In this document: positions 20,955 to 29,011 of the stretch, piece by piece
How positions within the stretch are numbered: position 1 is the first letter of the stretch
Layout: the number at the start of each line of letters is the position of its first letter
From: a bacterium
Lineage (GTDB): Bacteria; Patescibacteriota; Minisyncoccia; Phycocordibacterales; UBA9973
Assembly (NCBI GenBank): GCA_027484965.1
Contig: JAIXRY010000006.1
Coordinates: 130,101 to 194,100, forward strand
Reading direction: 5' to 3'
DNA: 64,000 bases
Program-made: the position numbers and the translations under genes
The notes under the pieces: generated by a model
What the model saw: only the letters and a program-made list of their open reading frames with translations
Told to the model about the DNA's origin: nothing
The model's database searches: none

Positions 20955-21040
20955 GATTCGAACTTGATATAAGGTATCAAAAAATCACCTTACAAATTAA
21001 GGTGATTTTTCTGTTTCTGAACGCGAGAGGATGATCCTGA
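20955..21040. repeat. intergenic repeat family copy R5 (variant 3' module)
   Basis: GATTCGAACTTGATATAAGGTATCAAAAAATCACCTTAcaaaTTAAGGTGATTTTT... Confidence 0.75.
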
Positions 21041-21102
21041 TTTTTTAGACTATAATCAGTCTATTAAATTGCAGTCCCCTTGTGGAGTTTTGTTGAGTAT
21101 AA

Positions 21103-21600
21103 TTATAAGCTATTCAGAAATAATGCAGCCTGTTTTGGTGATTTAAGTCTTATTATTTTATTGTCATACACACCCTCATTTAATAATTTATTCAAAGAAT
21201 AAGATTCACCTTTTGTATAAACAAGTTTTAGAAATTTAAAACTAAATTTTTCAGGACTACCAACAAGTTCTGGTCTTGGTAATTTTCTGTGTTTCCACCA
21301 TCTTTTTATATATCTTATAGCAGAAATAAAACCAGGATAGTCTAAATAAATTAAAGTATCAGCCTCATCAAAAAGTTTTTTCCTAGCATTTTTTGTAATA
21401 TAACCTTCTAATATATATTCATCTCCTGTACTTATTTTTTCGATACTTTTTTGAATCTCTTCATCACCAACATATTTCCAACCAGGTTTCCACATAATTG
21501 AATCAATTAAAGTTAAAGGAATATTTAGTTTTATAGATAACTTTCTAGCAAATGTTGATTTACCTGAAGCGCTTACACCTAGTACTACGATTTTTTTCAT
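21103..21600 (-). CDS. P-loop nucleoside/nucleotide kinase-like protein (adenylate-kinase/topology-modulation FlaR-like)
   Basis: Walker A VVLGVSASGKSTFARKL at N-terminus; 165 aa. Confidence 0.55.
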   Translation of the reverse strand: MKKIVVLGVSASGKSTFARKLSIKLNIPLTLIDSIMWKPGWKYVGDEEIQKSIEKISTGDEYILEGYITKNARKKLFDEADTLIYLDYPGFISAIRYIKRWWKHRKLPRPELVGSPEKFSFKFLKLVYTKGESYSLNKLLNEGVYDNKIIRLKSPKQAALFLNSL

Positions 21601-21628
21601 ATTTTATATTATATATTAAATCTATTTA

Positions 21629-21715
21629 GGTTCGAACTTTATATAAGGTAACAAAAAATCACCTTAGAGATTAAGGTGATTTTGAGGGCTCCGAATGTGG
21701 GAGGAAGTTCGGACG
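21629..21715. repeat. intergenic repeat family copy R6 (full length)
   Basis: GGTTCGAACTTTATATAAGGTAACAAAAAATCACCTTAgagaTTAAGGTGATTTTgagGGCTCCGAAtgtgggaggaagTTCGGAcg. Confidence 0.85.
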
Positions 21716-21719
21716 TCAA

Positions 21720-22277
21720 TTATACAAGAAAAACTTTATATTCATATTCCTTAAGATACACACTTTCTAGATCTAACCCAACGTCTTTGAATACATTTTT
21801 ATATTCTTCTTTATAATGAGGAATAGTCTTAATAGGTAGTATACCTAATCCTTCAAATACATCATTAGCACTGGGGCTAAAAAAATACTTTGCCAATACA
21901 TTCATACCTGCTGATTCACCAGCAACTATCTTACCTGTAAGTAAATCCTTAAACGAAGGAAGTCTTTTTAGTATCTCTAGTATTTTTAGTGTTGTACCAC
22001 CTTGAAAATATATAATGTCTGTAGATTTTATTTGCTCAATAAAAGATCCTTCATTTGCAACCTTAAACTCAAGTTTCTTTTGTCCTCTGTTTTGATTAAA
22101 CTCATTTGTAACTCTTATTGTAGTCGGGACTATTCGTTCAGTATCTTTTGCAAACGGAACGATAAGTATATTAACTTTTTCAGGAGTATCTTTTAAAATT
22201 TCTTTATAAAAATCTGAAAGGTCTTCGTCTTCATTTTTAGGAGTAAATCCTCCATGTAGTATGAATTTTGTTTTCAT
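21720..22277 (-). CDS. peptidase S51 (dipeptidase E/cyanophycinase-like) family protein
   Basis: GGTTLKIL...AGESAGMNVL nucleophile-elbow motif GxSAG. Confidence 0.55.
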   Translation of the reverse strand: MKTKFILHGGFTPKNEDEDLSDFYKEILKDTPEKVNILIVPFAKDTERIVPTTIRVTNEFNQNRGQKKLEFKVANEGSFIEQIKSTDIIYFQGGTTLKILEILKRLPSFKDLLTGKIVAGESAGMNVLAKYFFSPSANDVFEGLGILPIKTIPHYKEEYKNVFKDVGLDLESVYLKEYEYKVFLV

Positions 22278-22295
22278 AGTGTTGATTATATCAAA

Positions 22296-22380
22296 GGTTT
22301 GAACTTCGTATAAGGCATCAAAAAATCACCTTACAGATTAAAGTGATTTTGAGGTCTCCGAACCTGGGATAAGGTTCAAA
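22296..22380. repeat. intergenic repeat family copy R7 (full length, diverged)
   Basis: GGTTTGAACTTCGTATAAGGCATCAAAAAATCACCTTAcagaTTAAAGTGATTTTgagGTCTCCGAACctgggataagGTTCAAAA. Confidence 0.8.
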
Positions 22381-22449
22381 AATAAATTTAGAGAAATAGA
22401 AAAAGCCCTGTTAGGGGCTTTTAAAAAATTAAAGGAGGACTTAATACTA

Positions 22450-22824
22450 CTAGAATCCTTGGTAAGGAATGCGCACAAAGATTGAGCAAGGTTTGTCCAT
22501 TTTTTTTGTTATTGGTATCCGTGATGATGGTCGCTGCTTTGCATACTTTTCTGCTCTAATCATAAATGCCCTGATTCCTTTTTCGTTCTGCACAAAAAAA
22601 AGATTGTTCCCTAAATTCAGAAAAGAAGTAAGTCCTACGTGTCCTTGTTTCTTGAATGCTTTTAGTGTCTCTTTGGGATTTAAAAGTGTGATTTCTCTGA
22701 AGCCCTTTTTCTGAGCATAAGTAAGTATCTCTTTAGGTGTTGTACCAGACTTCGCGGTAAGTAGTTGAAATGATTCCTTAGAGAGAGTAGTAAAGTTTTG
22801 ATGGATTTTTATTTTAGTTGCCAT
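22450..22824 (-). CDS. hypothetical protein (124 aa)
   Basis: ORF only. Confidence 0.4.
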   Translation of the reverse strand: MATKIKIHQNFTTLSKESFQLLTAKSGTTPKEILTYAQKKGFREITLLNPKETLKAFKKQGHVGLTSFLNLGNNLFFVQNEKGIRAFMIRAEKYAKQRPSSRIPITKKMDKPCSIFVRIPYQGF

Positions 22825-22943
22825 GTTATTTATTTAATTGGTTTTCGTAAAAGCCAAAAGCTCCTCTGAAAACCAATCAAATACAATTTAAAAGAACCGT
22901 ATTAAGTGAATAATACAGTTCTTTTAAATTTTGTCAATATATA

Positions 22944-22976
22944 CCCCGAATGTAAGGTGAAGTTCGAATGAGTGTC
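22944..22976. repeat. intergenic repeat family copy R8 (3' module only)
   Basis: CCCCGAATGTaaggtgaaGTTCGAATG matches the CTCCGAAtgtggga..GTTCGRA module. Confidence 0.6.
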
Positions 22977-22988
22977 AAAGAAAATAAA

Positions 22989-23579
22989 CTATAAATTATT
23001 AGCACCTTCTTTCCCTTCAAAAACTATTTCATCAAGGTTTTTTCTTTGACTCGGCTTTTCTCTTTCTTGAAGCTTCTCTGGTAAGTCCTCTATTTTTCCT
23101 GGTTTACCTATTGCGATCATAAGTTCAACCTGATAATCATTTTGAATTTGTAATTCTTTTCTTATTATTTCTTCATTGTATCCACCCATACCATGGACAA
23201 CTAATCCCATGTTAGCACCTTGCAATGCTAAGTTTTCCCATGCTGACCCTGTATCGAGAGAGTGTTTAATGTTAACAGTTCCATCACTTGAAGTTTTCTT
23301 TGAAAGTCCAATTGAAAGAACTCCTGCATTTTTACACCATGTTTGATTACTTTCTAATAAGAATGAAAGGAATAAATCAAAATCAGATGTTCCTTTAATT
23401 GCATAGAGAAATCTCCACGGTTGTTCATTACGAGAAGATGGAGCCCATCTAGCGGCTTCAAACATAGTCATGAGTTCTTCTGTTGAAACACTTTCACCAG
23501 ACATTGCGCGTGGAGAGTAGCGATTTAGAAAAATATCATTGATATCATAGTTAGTCGTTCTATTGTTTATAGTTTTCAT
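22989..23579 (-). CDS. nitroreductase family protein
   Basis: NRYSPRAMSGESVSTEELMTMFEAARWAPSSRNEQPWRF. Confidence 0.75.
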   Translation of the reverse strand: MKTINNRTTNYDINDIFLNRYSPRAMSGESVSTEELMTMFEAARWAPSSRNEQPWRFLYAIKGTSDFDLFLSFLLESNQTWCKNAGVLSIGLSKKTSSDGTVNIKHSLDTGSAWENLALQGANMGLVVHGMGGYNEEIIRKELQIQNDYQVELMIAIGKPGKIEDLPEKLQEREKPSQRKNLDEIVFEGKEGANNL

Positions 23580-23596
23580 ATTAAAATTCTACCATA

Positions 23597-23684
23597 GTTT
23601 CGAACTTGATATAAGGTAACAAAAAATCACCTTATAGGTTAAGGTGATTTTCAGAGCTCCGAATGTGGGACGATGTTCGGAGGG
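23597..23684. repeat. intergenic repeat family copy R9 (full length)
   Basis: GTTTCGAACTTGATATAAGGTAACAAAAAATCACCTTAtaggTTAAGGTGATTTTcagaGCTCCGAAtgtgggacgatgTTCGGAGgg. Confidence 0.85.
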
Positions 23685-23739
23685 AAATAATAAAAGGCTG
23701 AACCATATTGGTCAGCCTTTTAGTTTTAATTTGAAAAAA

Positions 23740-24171
23740 TTATTTTTCATAGAGATAAATTTTATCTGAATGACATACAGTTAAAAATTTTATTTCACTT
23801 GTCATCTTTATTTGAATTTCTTCTCTTGTTATTCCTAATAAATAAGCAGAGTTAGTATTATCTCCTTTTTCAATGTTGTAACTTGAATTCAGTAACACTG
23901 ACATTTCAAGCAATATCAATTCCTCATCAACTTTATTTATATGAAAATATATTCTCGTATCTAACCAGTCTTGTATTAGATATCTCTGACTATCCTTAAG
24001 TTTAGAAGTGGAGTAATCATCTCCATCATACTTTAATTTATATTTTATCTTTCCCTTAAAGTTATCCGATTTTAGTTTTCCCATAGGACTATCTCCAAAC
24101 TTTTTAAAAAGCTCAAGACAAAAAGAAGATAATTTATCAATTTGATCTGCGTTTAAAAATTCTCTTTCCAT
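23740..24171 (-). CDS. hypothetical protein (143 aa)
   Basis: ORF only; own TTGACA-N15/17-TATAAT promoter between gene start and repeat R10. Confidence 0.4.
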   Translation of the reverse strand: MEREFLNADQIDKLSSFCLELFKKFGDSPMGKLKSDNFKGKIKYKLKYDGDDYSTSKLKDSQRYLIQDWLDTRIYFHINKVDEELILLEMSVLLNSSYNIEKGDNTNSAYLLGITREEIQIKMTSEIKFLTVCHSDKIYLYEK

Positions 24172-24233
24172 TTTTTGTATTTGTTTTTCTTTATATTATA
24201 ACAAATATATCTTTTTGTCAATAGGTTCTTATG

Positions 24234-24317
24234 GGTTCGAACTTGATATAAGGTAGCAAAAAATCACCTTACAGATTAAGGTGATTTTTCTGGCTCCGAA
24301 CTTGGGACGATGTTCGA
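24234..24317. repeat. intergenic repeat family copy R10 (full length)
   Basis: GGTTCGAACTTGATATAAGGTAGCAAAAAATCACCTTAcagaTTAAGGTGATTTTTctgGCTCCGAACttgggacgatGTTCGAAtg. Confidence 0.85.
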
Positions 24318-24372
24318 ATGAATATAAAATAAAAAGCCACCAAAAATGGTGGCTTTAAAAGATAAATTCTCT

Positions 24373-24903
24373 TTAACATTCAAACATCTTCATCCATACC
24401 TTACGAAGCAAACAGGCATCGCCAAGAGCATTATGTAGCTCAAACTCAGATAGATCTACCCCTATTTCTTTGTAGAATATGTCGGCCCCTTCAGTATCTG
24501 GAAGAAACAAATATGGATTACGCCCCATACCAAAAAGAATAGATGAGAAATCAACAGTCATCCAGTTAAAGGGGAGTTCATCTTCGGCGAACAATTTATC
24601 CGAATAGATTTTGTCGTAATTATCAACAAATGCTACAGCGAATGGTTTAACAGATCCAATAAATCCTTTTATTATTTTTACAGCTTCTACTCTTGACACT
24701 TTTGGTTCCTTGAGTTTAGGAATGATATGTTGCCTAGTCCAATCATCCACTGGGCCGTCATATTCGAGTTCAAGATAGAGGGATTCGCCACTGACTTTAA
24801 TAGCTCCAAACGAAAGAATTTCGCCTAAGTATGGGTTAAGGCTTGAAAATTCAGTGTCAAAAAACAATAAATTGTCTGACACAAAGCTTTTTAACTTTTG
24901 CAT
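24373..24903 (-). CDS. DEDDh 3'-5' exonuclease (DnaQ/RNase T-like)
   Basis: Exo I-like FFDTEFSSLNPYLGEILSFGA and Exo III-like HNALGDACLLRKVW. Confidence 0.5.
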   Translation of the reverse strand: MQKLKSFVSDNLLFFDTEFSSLNPYLGEILSFGAIKVSGESLYLELEYDGPVDDWTRQHIIPKLKEPKVSRVEAVKIIKGFIGSVKPFAVAFVDNYDKIYSDKLFAEDELPFNWMTVDFSSILFGMGRNPYLFLPDTEGADIFYKEIGVDLSEFELHNALGDACLLRKVWMKMFEC

Positions 24904-24952
24904 TATTTAATTTTTTTTTAAAATTCAATATATAATACTACAAAAAATAAAT

Positions 24953-25894
24953 TTAGTCAATATAGGATATTTTACTAGTATCTATAACAAAATCAGTGTA
25001 TTTTTTTGGGGTTGAAACTGACAATGATTCGGCCAGAAGATGAAATTGTTTGTTTTTTTCCTCAGTATTGAGTCGGTGTATAACTTCTGACAATAAATAC
25101 GAAATATTTTCTTCATATGAACCTAGATCTTTAATTTGTAGTTCATGTGTAGATTGGATAGATAAACCAGACTGGTTTGCATAAAAGGCAACAAACTCTT
25201 CAAATAGTCCTGTCTGATTTAAATAAGTGAAATATTTTAGTGGATCTGACTTTAAACCCTTAAAGATATTTCCTAAAAATAGTTCAACAAAAATCCCTTC
25301 TTTTTGAGCGTTGATAAGATTGAACGTATCCTGAACATGAGATTTATTCTTATGAATGGCAGCTAGAGTACTTTCTTCAATATCAAAGTTTAGCTGGCAA
25401 GCGAACTTCAGAGCTCTAAACATTATGTGAGGTTCTTCTTTGAACTGTGTATTAGGTTCCTTAACGGTCTTTATCAGTTTTTTATCTAAATCGCTTAGAC
25501 CGTTATAAGTATCCAAAATTTTCTCTTTCTTTAAATCGAAGAATACAGCGTTAATAGTAAAGTCGGGAACATTATCATTTAGTGTTGGTACGAGACTCAG
25601 ATCAATCTCAGCATCAGTGATGCTACCCTGTGGTAAAAATCTGTAGACAGTTAAATTCAAATGTTCAATTTGTGTTTTTCCTTCAAGATCAAAGTCTTTA
25701 AACAGCTCTTCAATTTTATATTCTCGCTCATCTCGTGACTTGTTGTACACAATTCGTGCATCAATCTCTTTCCATTCACGGTCAAGATATATATCACGAA
25801 TAGCACCACCAAAAACATAGATATCTATATCTGGCTCTTGTGTAAGTTTTTCTAAAAACGATAGGTTATACTTTTCTTTAAATTTCTCTAACAT
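24953..25894 (-). CDS. nucleotidyltransferase of the CCA-adding/poly(A) polymerase head-domain family (313 aa, shorter than CCA enzymes)
   Basis: IYVFGGAIRDIYLDREWKEIDARIV resembles the GGaVRD...D.D head motif. Confidence 0.45.
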   Translation of the reverse strand: MLEKFKEKYNLSFLEKLTQEPDIDIYVFGGAIRDIYLDREWKEIDARIVYNKSRDEREYKIEELFKDFDLEGKTQIEHLNLTVYRFLPQGSITDAEIDLSLVPTLNDNVPDFTINAVFFDLKKEKILDTYNGLSDLDKKLIKTVKEPNTQFKEEPHIMFRALKFACQLNFDIEESTLAAIHKNKSHVQDTFNLINAQKEGIFVELFLGNIFKGLKSDPLKYFTYLNQTGLFEEFVAFYANQSGLSIQSTHELQIKDLGSYEENISYLLSEVIHRLNTEEKNKQFHLLAESLSVSTPKKYTDFVIDTSKISYID

Positions 25895-25913
25895 TAAGAC
25901 TATTATATCCCAG

Positions 25914-26000
25914 GTTTGAATTTATACTAAGGTATAAAAAATATACCTTAGTATGTAAGACTTTTCTATGATGCTCCGAATGTGGGAGGATGTTCGAAAA
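25914..26000. repeat. intergenic repeat family copy R11 (full length, alternative central hairpin)
   Basis: GGTTTGAATTTATACTAAGGTATAaaaaaTATACCTTAGTatgtaagacttttctatgatGCTCCGAAtgtgggaggatgTTCGAAaag. Confidence 0.75.
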
Positions 26001-26133
26001 GTAATTATTAAAGAATAATAGTCAAAATAAATAAATGCCATTTTAATACAAAACCCAAATATCTAAATATAATGTATATTTTTATATATCTAAAGCAATC
26101 AATTCAAACCTCAGCTTATGTTATAATTATCTA

Positions 26134-26835
26134 ATGACAGCGATAAATATTTATTGTGACGAGAGTAATCATCTTGAAAGTGACAAAAAACCTATGGTCT
26201 TAGGGGCTCTTTATTGCCCTCGAGAAAAAACTAAAATCGTAAATAAAAGAATAAGAGAGATAAAAAAAGAACATGGATTGTCAGAGGATTTTGAAATTAA
26301 ATGGGCAAAAGTTAGTAGTAAAAGGATACCTTTTTATATAGATATTATAAGTTACTTTTTTGATCTCGATTATTTAGGAATAAGAGCTATAGTTGCCGAT
26401 AAAAGCAATCTTAATCACGCTAAATATAATCAAACTCACGATGAGTGGTATTACAAGATATATTATCAACTTTTAACAAAGATTATTCGCTCAGAATCAA
26501 CCTATAAAATTTGTTTAGACAAAAAAGATACTTTAGGGAAAGCTCGTATAGATAAATTAAGAGAATATTTATGTAATACAGAATTTGACTATAAAAAAGA
26601 TATTATTAAAGAAATTAGAGAAGTTCACTCTAGTCAAGTTCAAATGATACAAGTAATTGATCTCATAATAGGAGCTATACAATTTAACTTATGCAACAAG
26701 GGCGAGATTAAAGAAAGTAAGGCAAAAAGACAGATTGTCGAACATCTAAAAAAGAAAAGCGGTCGAACTCTTAGAGTAAATACTCTACCTTCCGAGTTTA
26801 AATTAAATTTATTTTTTTGGAATGCTCATGAATAA
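26134..26835 (+). CDS. DUF3800-family protein
   Basis: N-terminal INIYCDESNH resembles the YIDESG signature of DUF3800. Confidence 0.45.
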   Translation: MTAINIYCDESNHLESDKKPMVLGALYCPREKTKIVNKRIREIKKEHGLSEDFEIKWAKVSSKRIPFYIDIISYFFDLDYLGIRAIVADKSNLNHAKYNQTHDEWYYKIYYQLLTKIIRSESTYKICLDKKDTLGKARIDKLREYLCNTEFDYKKDIIKEIREVHSSQVQMIQVIDLIIGAIQFNLCNKGEIKESKAKRQIVEHLKKKSGRTLRVNTLPSEFKLNLFFWNAHE

Positions 26836-26845
26836 TTAGAATTTT

Positions 26846-27325
26846 ATGAATAATAACCCATCCTGGTTACCCACTTTGTTCACTCTATCTAGTTGTAGTG
26901 GTGATATAATATACTACACTGATAAACTTTATGAGATATTTCTTAATGATTTAGTGAACGGAAACCTGACTTTATCAAATAAAAAAATAATAATATCTTC
27001 AAAATTAGAAAATGATGGTCGCCATGAACGTTTTTGGCATACAATAACAGATCCACACAATCCTTCAATTTCTGATATTAAATTAGAAAGAGCAGAAAAG
27101 CTTCCATGGATTAAACCTATCATAATAAATGTTCCTAAGACTGAAATTCTTATTTATGAGAGAACTAAGAATAATGAGAAACGTCTTTATTTATTGCTCC
27201 CTAATAGTAATTATATTGTAGTTCTTTCAGTTAAAAAACAATCTTATTACTATGTTACAGCATTTCATATTGATTATTCATACAAAATAGCGGAGTATAA
27301 AAAGGAATACGAAAAATATAAGTAG
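26846..27325 (+). CDS. hypothetical protein (159 aa), likely co-transcribed with the DUF3800 gene
   Basis: 10-nt gap from upstream gene. Confidence 0.4.
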   Translation: MNNNPSWLPTLFTLSSCSGDIIYYTDKLYEIFLNDLVNGNLTLSNKKIIISSKLENDGRHERFWHTITDPHNPSISDIKLERAEKLPWIKPIIINVPKTEILIYERTKNNEKRLYLLLPNSNYIVVLSVKKQSYYYVTAFHIDYSYKIAEYKKEYEKYK

Positions 27326-27476
27326 AAACAAAAACAGCCCCGTGAAGGGCGAGTTTTCGGGCTCCTTCTACTAGAAGTAGATGAGATATTTACATTATAC
27401 CTAATTTTACATCTTTTTCAATAGTATCTGTGGAAAACCTTCTTGGATAAATTAAAATATTTTTAGACTCAAAAAA

Positions 27477-27869
27477 TTAATTATTTTTAAGTAATTTATC
27501 TATTTTATCCCAATCTTCTTCTTGTATATATATTTTTTTTACTTTTTCAAGTATAAATTCCTCATTTTTAATAAAATCATCTACGTATTTATAGTCTTTA
27601 ATGTAATTAACATCTTCTTCTTTTTCTTTATCAAAATGACAATCCAATAAAGAATTAATCAATCTCCCTAGTTTCCTTTTTTCTGCTTTTGTTGAATCTG
27701 ATGTATATGATGGGAGGTTTGACTCCTCAAGAACAGAGATAAACTCAGAAAACTTATGAACTCTTTTCCAAAGTCTTTTAATTTGAGCTTTTGGGGAATA
27801 GTAGTAATTATCTAAAATTAACCAAGTCATTAAAGAAACTACGATAACTAAAAATATTATTCTAATCAT
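27477..27869 (-). CDS. hypothetical protein with N-terminal TM helix (130 aa)
   Basis: ORF only. Confidence 0.4.
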   Translation of the reverse strand: MIRIIFLVIVVSLMTWLILDNYYYSPKAQIKRLWKRVHKFSEFISVLEESNLPSYTSDSTKAEKRKLGRLINSLLDCHFDKEKEEDVNYIKDYKYVDDFIKNEEFILEKVKKIYIQEEDWDKIDKLLKNN

Positions 27870-27873
27870 AAAT

Positions 27874-28040
27874 TATCTATTTTTATAATGATAATGATAC
27901 TGTCCAGTCTTTAATCCCCACTTAGCACAATTTGTACGACATGTATGACCACCTCTTTTATCTGTTCTTCCAGGATGAGCAAAAGATACACTTGGTGCAA
28001 TTAAGGCTACAGCTATTAAAATAAGTGTTATTTTTTTCAT
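27874..28040 (-). CDS. small secreted YHYH-motif protein (55 aa)
   Basis: Not in ORF track; MKKITLILIAVALIAPSVSFAHPGRTDKRGGHTCRTNCAKWGLKTGQYHYHYKNR: signal peptide plus HPGRTD...GGH and YHYH motifs. Confidence 0.5.
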
Positions 28041-28041
28041 A

Positions 28042-28266
28042 TTAATCAAATAATCCTTTTTCTTTTAAGCATTCTGAATAACTTTTACCAATAGAACCAT
28101 CCTTATTTTCGTAAATCATTTTATCCCAATTTATTTTTCGAGTACTAGATATTTTATGGCAATTTTTTTTAATTTGCATAGGTCTTAATTCATACCAATA
28201 AAAAGCACCTGAAATTAAGATAAAGATGATTATAATTATTCCTTTGAATTCTTTTATTTTTTTCAT
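28042..28266 (-). CDS. small membrane protein (74 aa)
   Basis: ORF with one TM. Confidence 0.35.
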   Translation of the reverse strand: MKKIKEFKGIIIIIFILISGAFYWYELRPMQIKKNCHKISSTRKINWDKMIYENKDGSIGKSYSECLKEKGLFD

Positions 28267-28282
28267 TATTTAATAGTTTAAA

Positions 28283-29011
28283 TTATTGTACAGATTTTTT
28301 ACTTCCAAAAGCTATGTACAAAACAACTTTATAGTAAAAAATTAAGATAAATATAAAAGAAATTATTATCACTATAAATGGTAATAAAATATTTATAGTG
28401 GTATTTAAAATAGATATTTTATATATATTCAAATCTTTTACTTCACTATTATAAAATAAAATATTTTCTGTTTTTATTATTTTATCAGAATTAATTACAG
28501 GAGTGCTGGATTTATTCCAATCATAATCACTGATAGAATGTTTTTTATCAACAATGTTTAAAACACTTAATTTAACACATTTAGCCTTGTGTTGGTAAAG
28601 ACCTTCCTTAAATTCTTTAATACCAACAGAAGTATCTCCAAAAACATAAGAATTAATATTAAGATCTTGTTCAATTTTTTCTATATTTTTAGAAATATCG
28701 CTAGAACAATAGTAATCTAAAGCTGAAATTGACCCCTGATCTGATATGTAGCCAATTTTATTGTTATATATAATTTCTTTATCTTCTGTATTTACAAGAT
28801 ATTTTATGTGTTTATATGTTTCAGCAACTCTTTCAGACAGTATATCTGTTTCTTTATATTTAATTATTTTATCATTACCATACAAATCTAAAGCTGTAAG
28901 AGTGGTTGTAATAATAAATAACAACACAAACAAAACAGAGAGTAGCCGGTGCCACCATTTTTTGTTTAAATCTAAGTCATTTCTTAATAGTTTTGTAAGA
29001 TGTTTTTTCAT
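28283..29011 (-). CDS. membrane protein (242 aa; N- and C-terminal TM helices)
   Basis: ORF; overlaps helicase gene end by 4 nt. Confidence 0.4.
   Translation of the reverse strand: MKKHLTKLLRNDLDLNKKWWHRLLSVLFVLLFIITTTLTALDLYGNDKIIKYKETDILSERVAETYKHIKYLVNTEDKEIIYNNKIGYISDQGSISALDYYCSSDISKNIEKIEQDLNINSYVFGDTSVGIKEFKEGLYQHKAKCVKLSVLNIVDKKHSISDYDWNKSSTPVINSDKIIKTENILFYNSEVKDLNIYKISILNTTINILLPFIVIIISFIFILIFYYKVVLYIAFGSKKSVQ

Noticed and set aside
21629-21715. tRNA-like origin of the GGTTCGAAC motif in the repeat family
   Set aside because: Resembles a T-loop (GGTTCGAAT) but no acceptor, D or anticodon arms can be folded; not a tRNA gene.
15780-26010. Canonical integron (attC sites + intI)
   Set aside because: Repeats lack RYYYAAC/GTTRRRY cores and the single long attC stem; no tyrosine integrase or attI in the window. 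Kept only as an analogy.
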